Of a DNA stretch of 64,000 bases, positions 51,793 through 62,969 are shown one piece after another. Position numbers and translations under genes: made by a program. Origin of the DNA: Nitrospirales bacterium (GTDB taxonomy: Bacteria > Nitrospirota > Nitrospiria > Nitrospirales > UBA8639); contig CBDBCZ010000010.1 of assembly GCA_965203295.1 (NCBI GenBank), forward strand, positions 224,001-288,000, written 5' to 3'. The notes beneath the pieces were generated by a model that saw only the letters and a program-made list of their open reading frames with translations, made no database searches and was not told where the DNA came from. Position 1 is the stretch's first letter. Each line of letters starts with the position of its first letter.

Positions 51793-52699
51793 TTAGGCAC
51801 GCTTAACGAGCTCAGACGACACGGCACACAGGATCTCCCGGGGAGTCCGGATGTAAAGAGTATACGCGGAACTCTCCCAGCGGCCCAAAGTCTTAATGAG
51901 GGAGCCCTGCAAGCCGCACGAGCTGGCTGTCGTCACCGCTCCAATCCGGAAGCTGTGCCCGGCATACTTCGACGCGTCTAGGCCAGCCGACCGAAGGGCT
52001 TGACGGACCTGGGACACGAACCGTTCCCGAGTAAGGGGCCGACCATCGTGAAACCGGAAAACCATATAGGACAACACTGCCGCCACAGGGCAAATCTCCG
52101 CGCCCGACACCCCCAAGAACACCGTAACCCCACGCCGAAAGGGGTCCGTCTTCGACGCTTTAATTCTCACTTCCAGGTAACAAGGAAAGGCAAGACTATC
52201 AACCCGGATGTCTCCCTGGGCGAGGTGGACTGCAGGATCAAAAGATGCCTCTGATGGTACCACCACCTCCCCCGAGCGCAAGAAACCGAAAAAGCACATA
52301 CAAACTGCCCCCCATAGCATGGTGGCATCGAAACGATCTGGGAACGTCTCCCACGATGACCGAAGGCTACGTAAGATCCCCGATCTTCCGAAACCCTTTT
52401 ACCACATACTCCAATCTCGGCATGTCCTTGGTATGGGGGTCCCCAAAACCAAGCGCTATCTGAGAATGGCGGACAGCCGCGAGATAGCCCTTAACGGTGC
52501 CAGGTGATAGCTTATCCCTATATAAAGAACCAACAAAGAAAGAGAGGCCCTGCTCTGAAACTGGGAAAGGAGATAACTCATTGCGCTGGCAGAAGTTTAA
52601 ATAGCGGTTGATCCGAGACCGGTACGTCCGTTGAGACGACGGCGCTAAGCCGGCCGAAAACAGTTCCTGAACAGTTGCGCCCAGGCCCGAGAGGTCCAA
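51793..52699 (-). pseudogene. Tyrosine recombinase (frameshift/deletions)
   Basis: LAPSSQRTY; FFGFLRSGE; IKASKTD; GHSFRIG; LGRWESSAYTLY. Split into 52367-52699 and 51793-52320. Confidence 0.9.
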
Positions 52700-54375
52700 T
52701 CCGGTTGGCGGTTGACCAGCAGATCCAGGACTGGAGGAGGAATCAGAGTTCGGGCCCGAACTGCCACTGGCACCTGGGCAAAAAGATAGGGGAGATTACC
52801 CCTGGAAACAGCATCCGCGAGTGAGTTATCAACGCCCGGGATATGCACTGCCCGAACTGCCACCCGAAAGAAAGCCCTAATAAAAAACATGCACCGTACT
52901 AGGTGCATTATACGGGGTACTTTGCTATACCCTGAATTGATCACTGCCACGGCACCAGCGCTATCACAGTACACTAGAACAGCCGAGTCCCTCCACGCTG
53001 GGCCCCATACCGCACAAGCCAACACCACAGGTAAAAGTTCTTTCAGTGTGATGCTCTCTTCCCTCAGGGCCAGGCAGCCCTCCTCGTAAGCCTGTGGCCA
53101 CCGGAACTGGATCCAACGTGGTGGCCATAAGGCCCCACATCCAAAAACCCCCGATGCGTCCGTCCAGATGACGTGGTCCGGTTGTCCCACGTCCTGCTGC
53201 AGCAGAGACACTCCGTTCCAGTCCTGCACGAACATGTCCCACCACAGGAGATCTGAACGGAAAGCCGCATTCAACCGAATGTGGTGATGACTCTTTCTCA
53301 CCCCGGCCAGCAACTCGAACATACGCCGCACAAACGTCTTGCCAGGCCTCACCACTTTACACGCCCATACCAACTTCCCCGCTAAGGACTCAAGGTCCTT
53401 CTTCCTACAGGAACTCCTGTCCCTCCATGCCTCAACTGCTCCCTTCAATGCCACAAGCTTCGCGTGGGGCAGCCTAATCTCCATCGACAATGAGTCAATC
53501 TCAAACCCTAAAAAGGTGAGCCTAGGCACTGGTCCTTCCGTCTTCTCGGTAGCCACTGGTAATCCAAGTTGGTGAAACGAAGCCAGCAACACATCCATCC
53601 CATTCTTGCACTCCCAGGACGCCGGGGAACCGATCACCAAAAAATCATCCAAGTAATGGAGCACAATCTGGACTCCCCTCTGCCGAACGATCCATTCCGC
53701 TGCATCCGCGATAGCAGTGAATACCTTGGGGGCTGAGCGAAGGCCAAAAGGGAGCGCTGTGTCGAGGAACAAGCTGCCGTCCCACAGCATCCCCAGCAGC
53801 CACCGATCCTCCGGGTGGATCGGGACTACCCGGTAAGCACTTCTAATATCTACTTTCGCTAGCAAAGCCCCCCTTCCTTTCTTCCTGACTTCATCCCCGG
53901 CATCCTCTATGCTAATGTAGGACAGAGAGCATCTATCCTCCGAGATCCCATCATTGACGCTCTCACCTTCTGGCGATGACAGGTCAACTATGAGGCGCCA
54001 TTTCCCGGAATCCCCCTTTGGGATCACCCCGAACCGGCTAATGTGGAAAAGGGGGAACAAGGCCGGATTCAGAGGGCCGATTACCGTCCCCACGGCACAC
54101 TCCTTCGACAGGTAGTCGGCAATCACCTGTGGCTGCTGCAGAGCCGATGCCATATTGCGTCTAGCCTTCTTGCATGACCGAGAGTAATCAAAGCCCACAC
54201 GGAACCCCCACCGGATACCATCTACAATGTATTTCCGAAACCTCTGCTCCGGATGTTGCGCTAGAGCCCTGTCCCATTCTTCCCACTTGAGGGGCGTGTT
54301 GACTACTTCCATCGGAGCCGGAACCCAAACTGGAAATCTCAGACGGCATCGATCAAGAGCTAACAAATCCTCCAT
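52645..54375 (-). CDS. Ngaro reverse transcriptase/RNase H, 576 aa, open
   Basis: KWRLIVDLS, AKVDIRSAY, LPFGLRSAP, YLDDF, WTDAS, LKEL, YCDS, HIPGVDNSLADAVSR. Confidence 0.93.
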   Translation of the reverse strand: MEDLLALDRCRLRFPVWVPAPMEVVNTPLKWEEWDRALAQHPEQRFRKYIVDGIRWGFRVGFDYSRSCKKARRNMASALQQPQVIADYLSKECAVGTVIGPLNPALFPLFHISRFGVIPKGDSGKWRLIVDLSSPEGESVNDGISEDRCSLSYISIEDAGDEVRKKGRGALLAKVDIRSAYRVVPIHPEDRWLLGMLWDGSLFLDTALPFGLRSAPKVFTAIADAAEWIVRQRGVQIVLHYLDDFLVIGSPASWECKNGMDVLLASFHQLGLPVATEKTEGPVPRLTFLGFEIDSLSMEIRLPHAKLVALKGAVEAWRDRSSCRKKDLESLAGKLVWACKVVRPGKTFVRRMFELLAGVRKSHHHIRLNAAFRSDLLWWDMFVQDWNGVSLLQQDVGQPDHVIWTDASGVFGCGALWPPRWIQFRWPQAYEEGCLALREESITLKELLPVVLACAVWGPAWRDSAVLVYCDSAGAVAVINSGYSKVPRIMHLVRCMFFIRAFFRVAVRAVHIPGVDNSLADAVSRGNLPYLFAQVPVAVRARTLIPPPVLDLLVNRQPDWTSRAWAQLFRNCFRPA

Positions 54376-54732
54376 GTACCGATAAGGGCCTGTATGAGAG
54401 AAAAACGACCAATGGCCCTGTGAACTACTCCCGAACTACACGAACTTTTTATTTATTTTTTAAAAATTTTTTTCTACTCCTAACCCAGGCTCCCCCCCCC
54501 ACAACCGAACTTCCCCACTACCCTACTCCCAGACGTCATGCTTGCCACCCCGTGCAAGCCCACACCCTGTACCCCCAAAACTGAGAACTGACGAGTATCT
54601 GCTGCCCAAGCTAATCCAGGTCATTCGCAAACAACCCTCCTACTACCTACAGCATGATACAAGAATGCTGAAAAGGAAACAACGCTAACTACATGAACAA
54701 TCCCAGTTCAAGGGTTCTCGATATCCTATCCA

Positions 54733-55836
54733 TCAGTACGGGTTGGACATGTCTCTCGCCCTGTAGCCACGCCGTGATCCCGAGCCCCGCGTGCCCGGTT
54801 GACCGACGCCACGACTCCCCCGAACGTACGGGCCCCTGGCTGGGTGGAGGGATGACCTCAGGGGGCAATAAAGAGCTGGGTGATCACCCTTGCACTCCAG
54901 GCATATGTGCATGTGGTGGCAGTCAGCCCCATAGCTGCACTGGTTCCCGTTCCACAGGTTACAGATCTCCCCCGATTTCGGTCGAGACGTCTTAAGGGAG
55001 GTCCTAAACTTGGGCTCTGCCCCGGACACGAGAGCCAGAATAGCCGTCTCAATTGCCTTCAAGCGAGCCCGCACATCCGGGTCCCGGTCTCCGCTCTGGG
55101 CACAGTCGGCGGATGTATGCGTGGTGGCCAAACAGAATTCACACCGAGCCACCGAGGACTTGGCTTTCCCCGTAAAGCACATCGTGTAAATTGTCGTATT
55201 TAGCTTGGACCAGCACCTGTCGCCATCTATGGCAGCCCTGCGGCGAAACGCCTCGTCGTACCTGGCCCACGCCTGGCCTTCATAGTCCTGGCTGGCCTGT
55301 ATGATCACCATCAAGTACCCCATAAGCTCGGCCACTGTCTCCGGATAGCGGGTAGCCACGACTCCCACATACGCCGTGAAGCACTGGACCCAAGTAAAAA
55401 TATCGGTGACCTTCCGAGTGCGTCTAGCTGGCTGCCTACTAGAGTACTCTTCATCTCTTCCCTGCGACCAAAATTCTGGGAGCAACTCGGCCATGTCCAC
55501 AAACTCCCAACGCCATATCTTATCCGCAAGCTTCCGGGGCACCGGCGGGCGACCTTCCCCAACATGTATCCCGACTGCAGCTCCCGGTGCTGCCGACGAC
55601 GACGTGCCCCCGACGCCCGATGCCATAATCGATCCCAGGAGGCTGCCCCACGTGGGAGTCGTGCTTGCTGCTGCACCGGAGCCCACCACGGGTGGGGAGT
55701 TTCCGGTCGAGTTCGGGGCAGACGATTGTCCCACCGCGGTAGCCCCACCTGAGACCGTCGGGATCCCCCTGAGGGCCTCAGCTGCTGGCATACGGCCCAG
55801 CCCTGGGGCATGAGGAGAAATAGCTAACACATACAC
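54733..55836 (-). CDS. gag: Ngaro Gag-like ORF1 with CCHC/CCCH fingers
   Basis: WEFVDMAELLP, WARYDEAFRR, CEFC..H, CNLWN..C..CHHMHICLEC..H. Confidence 0.85.
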   Translation of the reverse strand: MYVLAISPHAPGLGRMPAAEALRGIPTVSGGATAVGQSSAPNSTGNSPPVVGSGAAASTTPTWGSLLGSIMASGVGGTSSSAAPGAAVGIHVGEGRPPVPRKLADKIWRWEFVDMAELLPEFWSQGRDEEYSSRQPARRTRKVTDIFTWVQCFTAYVGVVATRYPETVAELMGYLMVIIQASQDYEGQAWARYDEAFRRRAAIDGDRCWSKLNTTIYTMCFTGKAKSSVARCEFCLATTHTSADCAQSGDRDPDVRARLKAIETAILALVSGAEPKFRTSLKTSRPKSGEICNLWNGNQCSYGADCHHMHICLECKGDHPALYCPLRSSLHPARGPYVRGSRGVGQPGTRGSGSRRGYRARDMSNPY

Positions 55837-56115
55837 CAGCTTTCCCTTTCTAAATTCTGCTCTCCTGCCCCCCTGCCTCTCTGGAAGCTGGGGTGCTCAG
55901 GGGTCGCGCCCCGTGACCGAGCCACTCGCCGTGGCAAGCTCGGAGGCCGGCTGGCCCGAGCCGCCTACTCCCTCTACGTCCTCACTAACACTGCTCTACC
56001 CGGCCGCAAGAGGCCACGCCCTACCCGACGGATTACGTGTTACCAGAGTAATGGGGAGCTGCCGCAGCATCCCCGTCATCCCAAGTCAGCTTGGGAGAAT
56101 TGACACAAAACTTAA

Positions 56116-56743
56116 CTCATTGCGCGCCACGGGCCACTTTACGTAACGCTTCCGCTACGCCACAGGCCATTAAAGTGGCCTTAGAAACGGTAAGTTCATT
56201 TATCGGCCAGGAGGGGCAACCCCTTCCTTTATTAGCCATAAAATTGAGTACAGTGATTACTAATAGTGATGTAACTGTGCCGAAAGTCGGTCTACTCAGT
56301 AATAGAACGGATATACCACGGCAAAATATACAACTGATCAAGACGATTAGCTACGGCTACCTACACTGCTACATAGTTAGTTAGGCTTTGTAGTCAACTT
56401 CATTGGCAGATACGATGGTAACTGGTTCAGGAGAGAGACGGGGGCTTCAGCAGGATAATTTGTCGATCTTTGCTGCCTGAGCGTCAAGACCACAGTACCG
56501 TGTCGAACTTACCGTGTATCGGGTTATCGATCCTGAATCCCTTCTTGGTTCCAATCCGCTGCCCTTTTTGCATTCAATGGCTGTAGCTGGTAGTCTTCAA
56601 CAAATACGACGCAAAATTAGCTGGATACTTGACTTGGTAAGCATAAAAATAGCCATACGCTGTACTAAAACTTTTAGTACGCCATTTTTGTAGAAACTGG
56701 CGTGGAGCATCACACGCGTGACGTAATTGCGGCGTGCAATGAG
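56116..56743. mobile_element. piggyBac-type MITE (CTCATTGC family), full length
   Basis: TIR CTCATTGCGCGCC / GGCGTGCAATGAG with TTAA on both sides. Confidence 0.85.
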
Positions 56744-56839
56744 TTAATAGTTTTACCTGTTACCTAATGTATCACTTACCTCCGCCTCCGGGATCTAGTG
56801 GTAGCTCTTCATCTTCAGGATCTGGCCCATCATCTTTAA

Positions 56840-57493
56840 CCCTTTGAGCGCGGTACTTGATTATTCATAACTTCCGCGTCACGCGGAAGCCAATTTAATT
56901 TTTGTCTACGTTGCATGTGCTCGCAGTTTTGTAGAGTTGTAGGCTATTTTCCGTGCTGAACGGCAACACTGGAAGCCAGAAAGTGTAAAACTATCGTTGT
57001 TTAGTGTGTAGCTGGTGTACTATAGTCCCTACTATTGCAGAAGAGCGAATACAAACGGCAGCACTAAAGCTAACCTTGGTAGTCGCCATTTTCGTGTCTG
57101 TCCCCTCAACTACAGTGGTGAGTCGCTTCTGTTACTTCGTGCCGGTTCTGTTACTAAGTGCTGGATCTGTATCTAAGGCCTAGCGCTCTGACTGCAGCCA
57201 TACTCGGCGTTTTAGGCTTCAAAAGCCTTGTAGACGCTACCCGCGCCTTTGCCGCGTACTAACTGTGCTACACAACTAAGCGTCAAGTGAAGGCTTCGAA
57301 CGACTTGTGGCGGGGGTGGAGCTTTAGATCGATTGCTAAAGACCGTAGGGTTATCCCCCTAAAGTATCACGCGTGCCATAAAATTGGAAGGGTCTGACCC
57401 GTAGCACTTACTATGGTGAGCGTATATATACGCTCGCCGCGATACGCGAAAGTAATTTTCGAGCGTATATATACGCTCGCCGCGTTCAAAGGG
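56840..57493. mobile_element. piggyBac-type MITE
   Basis: TIR CCCTTTGAGCGCGG / CCGCGTTCAAAGGG with TTAA on both sides. Confidence 0.85.
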
Positions 57494-58995
57494 TTAAGAT
57501 CTAGCTGTAGCTCTTCATCTTCAGGATGCAGTTCATCTCGACAGGTTGGCAATGTGCCACGCCCAAGTACTAGGTCAGATGAATCACCATCTCCTGATTC
57601 AGAACCTGATCTTCCATCGATCCTTGGCGGAAGAGTGCTTCCTTGATCACACGTGAAAGTCTCTATGACATATTTTCTTCTCTACCCAGAAAATGCATAG
57701 ATATAGTCTGTGGCGTGTTCTGGAGACACTGCACGTGGTCTGAATGAGCTTCTAGACCCAGCTCCGCCAAAGCTACTTCGCCTCATTGGTGAAAAGTGTC
57801 TAACAGGTCATGTCGCCAAATGCCGAGTGGATGAAGATGACGTGTTTAATGATGCAATTGCATTTTACAAACATCCAGAATTATGTACATCTAGCCCTGT
57901 CCGTGTTTATTACAACAACCAGCCTGGCATCGATACCGGTGGTATTAAACGTCAGTTTTTTTACAGATGTATTGCAAGAATTTGCTGAGACTGATCCCAT
58001 GTCGCTATTTGTCGGGCCACCGAAACGTCTGCGTTCAGACAATAGTCCACAAGTTCTCGCACTCATTAAGATTCTTGGAAGTATTAAAACCCATTCCTGG
58101 TGCAAGAAGGGCCTGGATTTCCTTTTTTTGCACCATTTGTATATTGGTATCTGGTGACTTCACCCGAAGTGGCACTTTCATATGTCACAGTGATGGACTT
58201 GTCCGATTCCACTGCCACTACCGTGGAAATGGTAAGGCTGCAGTAAATTAGGACTTTGTAACTGTCTTGGATTATAGTTAGGCAGTAGAAGGATTTACAG
58301 AAAGGCTGAGTGAAAAAAACCTCAGGCTGGTAGCTTCATTCTATCCAAAATTCTTTGTGTTTACACATTGTAGAGCCTGGATTTGGTTGTAGTAACCATC
58401 ACTGAACTTGTTTTTTTTGTTTATACAGTTGAATGATGCCAGTTCTGGAGAAAGATTTTGATCGTGTGGCTTCTTGTAGTGTCTTTGACAGTCTAATTCG
58501 AGAGAGTGGCTCAAGGCGTGTCATTTCAGTAAGCCAATTAATTAATGTTGAATGGTGGGCATTTATTACTATACTGTGGAATACAGAATACTGCTAGTTC
58601 TGTTCAGGAAAGTGTGTAGGTGTGTGTGTATGTGGGGGGGAGGCAGCTAAATTAAAGTCTTGACTTCATTATTAATATTTATCACTGCAGTTTGGTAACA
58701 AGGGCGCAATCATACAAGACTTTACGCTGCACGATGCAATTCTAAAGCGTAAGGGTGTTCTTGATCAACTTGCCAGTGGACTGTCAATTTTGGGACTCCT
58801 TGATGTGGTCAAGTGTTTTCCAGTTGAGTTTGAGCCGCTGTTCACCTACCAACACTCTCAAATGCTGGATGCTGAACAAATGATGCAACTATTTCAGTTT
58901 CCAGATAACCCAACTAGTGCACAGGCAGAGGTGATATCCATGTTTAAGCAGTTTGTGAGGTCATCTAAACCAGAAGGTCAGTGCACCTTGGGTAT

Positions 58996-59552
58996 GTTCG
59001 ATAACATCGAAAGCGTCCCCACAGTTCGCTAATCATCATCGAAACTACCGTTCCGTGCGCATGCGCTAGCTATTTCCACGAGGCCGGCCGGAGTGACTGC
59101 TGATAGCTACTGCGAGACCCAAGATAGACTGCGCTACTTATGAGAGGTGAGATTGGACGATGTCATTTTGTTCCCTGCATGGCAGACTTCATGAAGTCGT
59201 CTCTTCTACCAGATCCGGTGCACGGTTGGAGCTGCCTGTGAACTGCCAGTGTGCACTGAGCTAATTTCTCAGTCTGAGTTCAAGTAGACATTCAGCTGTT
59301 CCTCTTGTCCAGACATCACTTGCTCGCCAGGTGTTTGTCGGAGCTAGGTAAGGGGATATTCAAGGTGTATGTATGTTACCTCAAACCATACCTTTTCTTC
59401 ACGTGTAGTTCTCGGTTACCAGCTGGCCCATCTTCATGATGGCTGAGAGTGGGGTTGACAAGCACCTACAGGAGCATGGACAGGTCTGTACTTATACTAT
59501 GTACCATGGCCCATAGCTAATGTCATGCCCTCACCCATGAATGTTTACACTA
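58996..59552 (+). repeat. Inner part of the right TIR (flipped by the inversion)
   Basis: Direct near-identical copy of 48583-49139. Confidence 0.88.
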
Positions 59553-59620
59553 ACAAAAGCAACGATAGTTGTTCAGAGTGTATAAACGGATGATGCTATT
59601 GCTCCACTTAACCTCTTTAG

Positions 59621-61937
59621 ATGCAGCAAGTGCTACATGACCTCAGTTTGGGAGATCACATTGTAGCAAAATTTGCAACAGAAAAGGTAAGTTCACATGC
59701 AGTAACATTATGCAGTGTAGACATGCCATGGTTGACATAATATAGTCAATTTCAACGCCTCACTTATTACAGAGAAACCTCTACTTTTTGCTATCTGAAG
59801 GTCTCTAAACATTCAGCGACCTTGGTTCATGAAGGTGACTCCAGGATTGGTGGAGTATATTACTAGAAGTGCCTATTTCACTCTGTTGAGGTTACTTCTT
59901 GTTACCAATCACATAGTGCACCATTGTAACTTAATTGCGAAACAGCACTAGCCTTTCATACCCTCTGTCTGTAGATTATATAGACAACTCTTCCTAAACA
60001 CTTCTGTATATACTGTGGTAGGGATGAGCATGGGAGAGGAGTAAATGAGGCACTAATAGTATTGTTGACATTCATTGCTCTAAGGTGCTTTTGCACTAGG
60101 GGGTGAGACAACACGTAAATGTGAAGAAAATGTTACTGTGGACTTTGCAGGTGACTCCAAGACTTGTACCAAGTCTGAGCGATGGCCAGTTGTTGCAACT
60201 TGGTGTGGTCAATGTTGGCCAAAGAGTCATGTTGAGGTCTGCTTGCTTGTGCCATCCCTCATTTGTTGAAGGTAAGCAATATGCATGTAGCCTACAAATA
60301 CTTTTGAGAGTGTACTCCAGTGCCTCCCTTTGCTTAAAGTAGCTAAACATAATATACATCCAACAGGCATACTTTATGTGCTACATTACATATTAAAGAG
60401 GGAATGAGCTCATTTCTTGGGGTGGGCTTGTTTTTAGGAATAGGTTTAAATAGAGTATATTTTGGTCACACAAAGGATTGCACATGTTTACATCTGTATA
60501 CAGATCACATCCATTGTTTGATTGATCGTGCTTCACGTATCAATGAGGGGAGTTTCATATTGAGTGATCTGGAGTCAGATATTGATCTACTGGATAACAT
60601 ACTATTGTCATCTAGACGTGAAGAGTATGCTTGTTCCAGACTAGCAGCATTACATGTAATGCTTGCATCATTACATCAGAGGTGGGCAAATCGTATGGCA
60701 CACGAGTCGGTATGTTCCCAAGTGGCTACAGGAATTAGTGGAGCATCACTGGACTATAATGCTGCTGTTGGTCGCCCAAGGATTAGTGTTAACGTGGAAA
60801 TGATAGAGCTGCTGCATTCAGCTGGTTATAAGATGAAAAAAATAGCTCATGCACTGATGATTAGCAGAACAACCCTGTGGAGAAGGCTGGCAGAGGAGAA
60901 TGTTGATTTAGATAGGTACAGTAATATTTCAGATGATGAGCTGGACGTACTAGTAGGGGAAATTCAGACTAACCATCCTCACAGTGGTAGAGGACAAGGA
61001 CAGCTAGAGAGTCAAGGGATTCGACTTCAACGTTATAGACTAATAGATAGCATCCATCGAACCAATCCCATTGAGAGTAGCTTAAGGTGGCAGCAAGTGA
61101 TTCAAAGGCGGACATACAATGTCCCTGGTCCCAATAGTCTTTGGCACATTGATAGCCATCACAGTCTGATTCAGTGGCGATTTGTGATACATGGTTGTAT
61201 TGATGGTTATTCCCGTTTAATTACCCACTTGAAATGTTGTACAGACAACAAAAGTGCAACTACTTTAGACCTTTTTATGAATAGTGTTCACAAATTTGGA
61301 TTGCCTTCAAGGGTTTGTTCAGACAAAGGGATGGAAAATATTCGTGTTTGTGAATACATGGTATCTGTACGTGGCACTGGAAGACAGCCATATTGCTGGT
61401 GCGTCTACCCACAATCAGCGCATCGAGAGATTCTGGAGGGATGTTTATCGTTGTGTGGCAGCCACATTTCATTCACTCTTCTACTACTTAGAAGCATTCC
61501 ATGAACTTGACCCTCTTTCAGATGTTGACTTATTTGTTTTACATACAGTATTCCTCCCACGAATAAACAAATGTTTGTCTGAATTTGCTGCTGGGTGGAA
61601 CAGTCATCCAATGAGAAATGAGAGGAATTGGTCACCAAAGAAAATATGGCTAAATGGTGTAATTGACCCAACGAATGCAAGTCATACTGCCATCCGTGAT
61701 ATAACTGATCCTACCCCGGACATCCCTGAGGAGTTTGGTATTGACCCAGAAGGTCCACTGCCCCTTAACCCAGATGAGGATGGCGAGGTAGTAGTGCCAG
61801 ACATTGTTGCGCCACTTAGCGGTCAAGCACTGGATGAGTTTATTCTCCAAGCCAACCTCTTGAAGAGTACAGTGACTATGGAGTTGGCAAGTATACCACT
61901 GTGCATCAGCTACTGAACGACCTCCTTGAGCACTGAC
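59621..61937 (+). pseudogene. SAM-like + HTH + integrase-core DDE transposase (IS3EU-type), frameshifted
   Basis: Exons 59621-59686 and 60151-60271 (SAM-like), then from 60504: IAHALMISRTTLWRRL, PGPNSLWHID, IHGCIDGYSR, SDKGMEN, NQRIERFWRDV, WNSHPM. Confidence 0.88.
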
Positions 61938-62204
61938 TTATATATGTACTAATAAGTTATAAGTCTTTCTTGCAAACACATGCATGATTTGTTATGATAT
62001 ATACTCTTGTATGCCACACACAATATTTGTTATGCAATGTGAAATGAATCATAGTCGAAACTCACTCATGATAACAAAATACACCACAAAGAACAAACCA
62101 CAACATCTATGCATAAATGGGAACAGTATCATGTATACATGCATGTAGCTACACAGCCTGCTGCTACATACATGACTGTACATATCACTTAAAACCACTG
62201 ATTT

Positions 62205-62426
62205 TCACAGTGGTAAATGATTTCCTTACACAAGCCAAAACTGCTTGCATACAAGATTCAAATGTATTGTAATCAGTGATGTGTGATGGAAGTGTCAGGT
62301 GCAACAAGCACGTTGAAGCAATGATGGCAAGTGAATCCTGAAACTTCACTTTCACTCGGCCAAGAGAATAACCACTAGGAGGAATATACTGCGATCCTGT
62401 ATTATACTGCAACAGCTGCCGGTGAC
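62205..62426 (-). pseudogene. Last exon of the HECT gene (C-lobe with catalytic Cys), flipped by the inversion
   Basis: LLQYNTGSQYIPPSG..VKF..IIASTCLLHLTLP..F. Confidence 0.8.
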
Positions 62427-62653
62427 CTAAATAAATGTGAAAACAGTTAAGCAGTTGGTTGTCTTTCATGTAGGAACCCGTAACAAAATGGGAGGGCAAA
62501 CTAGTAGATGTATAGCGTGGATACAATTACTCTATTGAGCAGCACATTCAATGTCCAGAGAGCCACACAAACCACTAAGGGACTATAATTCATACTAAAA
62601 TAAAGGGAACTGAATCAGATAGCTACTCCTACCCATGTATATACAGTCTGTAT

Positions 62654-62963
62654 AAACGTAACTTCGATCGGTTCGATAGTTATCGAACATTATGCATTGG
62701 CTGGTAAGTTTCGAACCATTATAACATTTCGATATTTTTTTTGCAGCGTTCGATGTTATGAAACGTTATCGAACCATCTGTTCGCAACAAACCTTTTGTT
62801 AGCAACAATTTCATGCATTCGATAACTATTTGATAGGTTCAAATCTGTGAAACTTTTTTTAAAGTGACAGTTCCATGCGTTCGATAGTTATCGAATGTTA
62901 CAAATTATCCCGTTATTGCATGACTCAAATGACATGGAATTTTGAAACAAACGGATAACCATA
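62654..62963 (-). repeat. Outer part of the right TIR
   Basis: Inverted copy of 48307-48582. Confidence 0.88.
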
Positions 62964-62969
62964 TAAATT

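Larger units (their letters stand above)
50981..56111 (-). mobile_element. Ngaro-type tyrosine-recombinase retrotransposon (5' A repeat missing)
   Basis: gag, RT/RNase H and YR ORFs, no methyltransferase. Split direct repeats B (50981-51179), A (51180-51420), B (51421-51619). Confidence 0.9.
49751..58977 (+). pseudogene. SAM-like + HECT E3 ubiquitin ligase (G2E3-like), 5' exons
   Basis: Exons 49751-49816 and 50590-50701 (SAM-like); ~57500-58231 (QPGIDTGGIKRQFF, QEGPGFPFF); 58429-58528; 58691-58977 (LDQLASGLSILGLLDVVK). Confidence 0.8.
48307..62963. mobile_element. IS3EU-like DNA transposon with ~830-bp TIRs, carrying SAM-HECT and SAM-transposase genes
   Basis: Termini TATGGTT(G/A)TCCGTTTGTTTCAAAATTCCAT at both ends; perfect 6-bp TSD TAAATT (48301-48306, 62964-62969); it interrupts the piggyBac gene. 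Confidence 0.88.

Noticed and set aside
52889..55813. Many antisense ORFs over the Ngaro
   Set aside because: Shadow ORFs of GC-rich coding sequence.
60404..60503. ORF-track start of the transposase
   Set aside because: Looks intronic; an ag acceptor ends at 60503 and upstream SAM-like exons supply the start.
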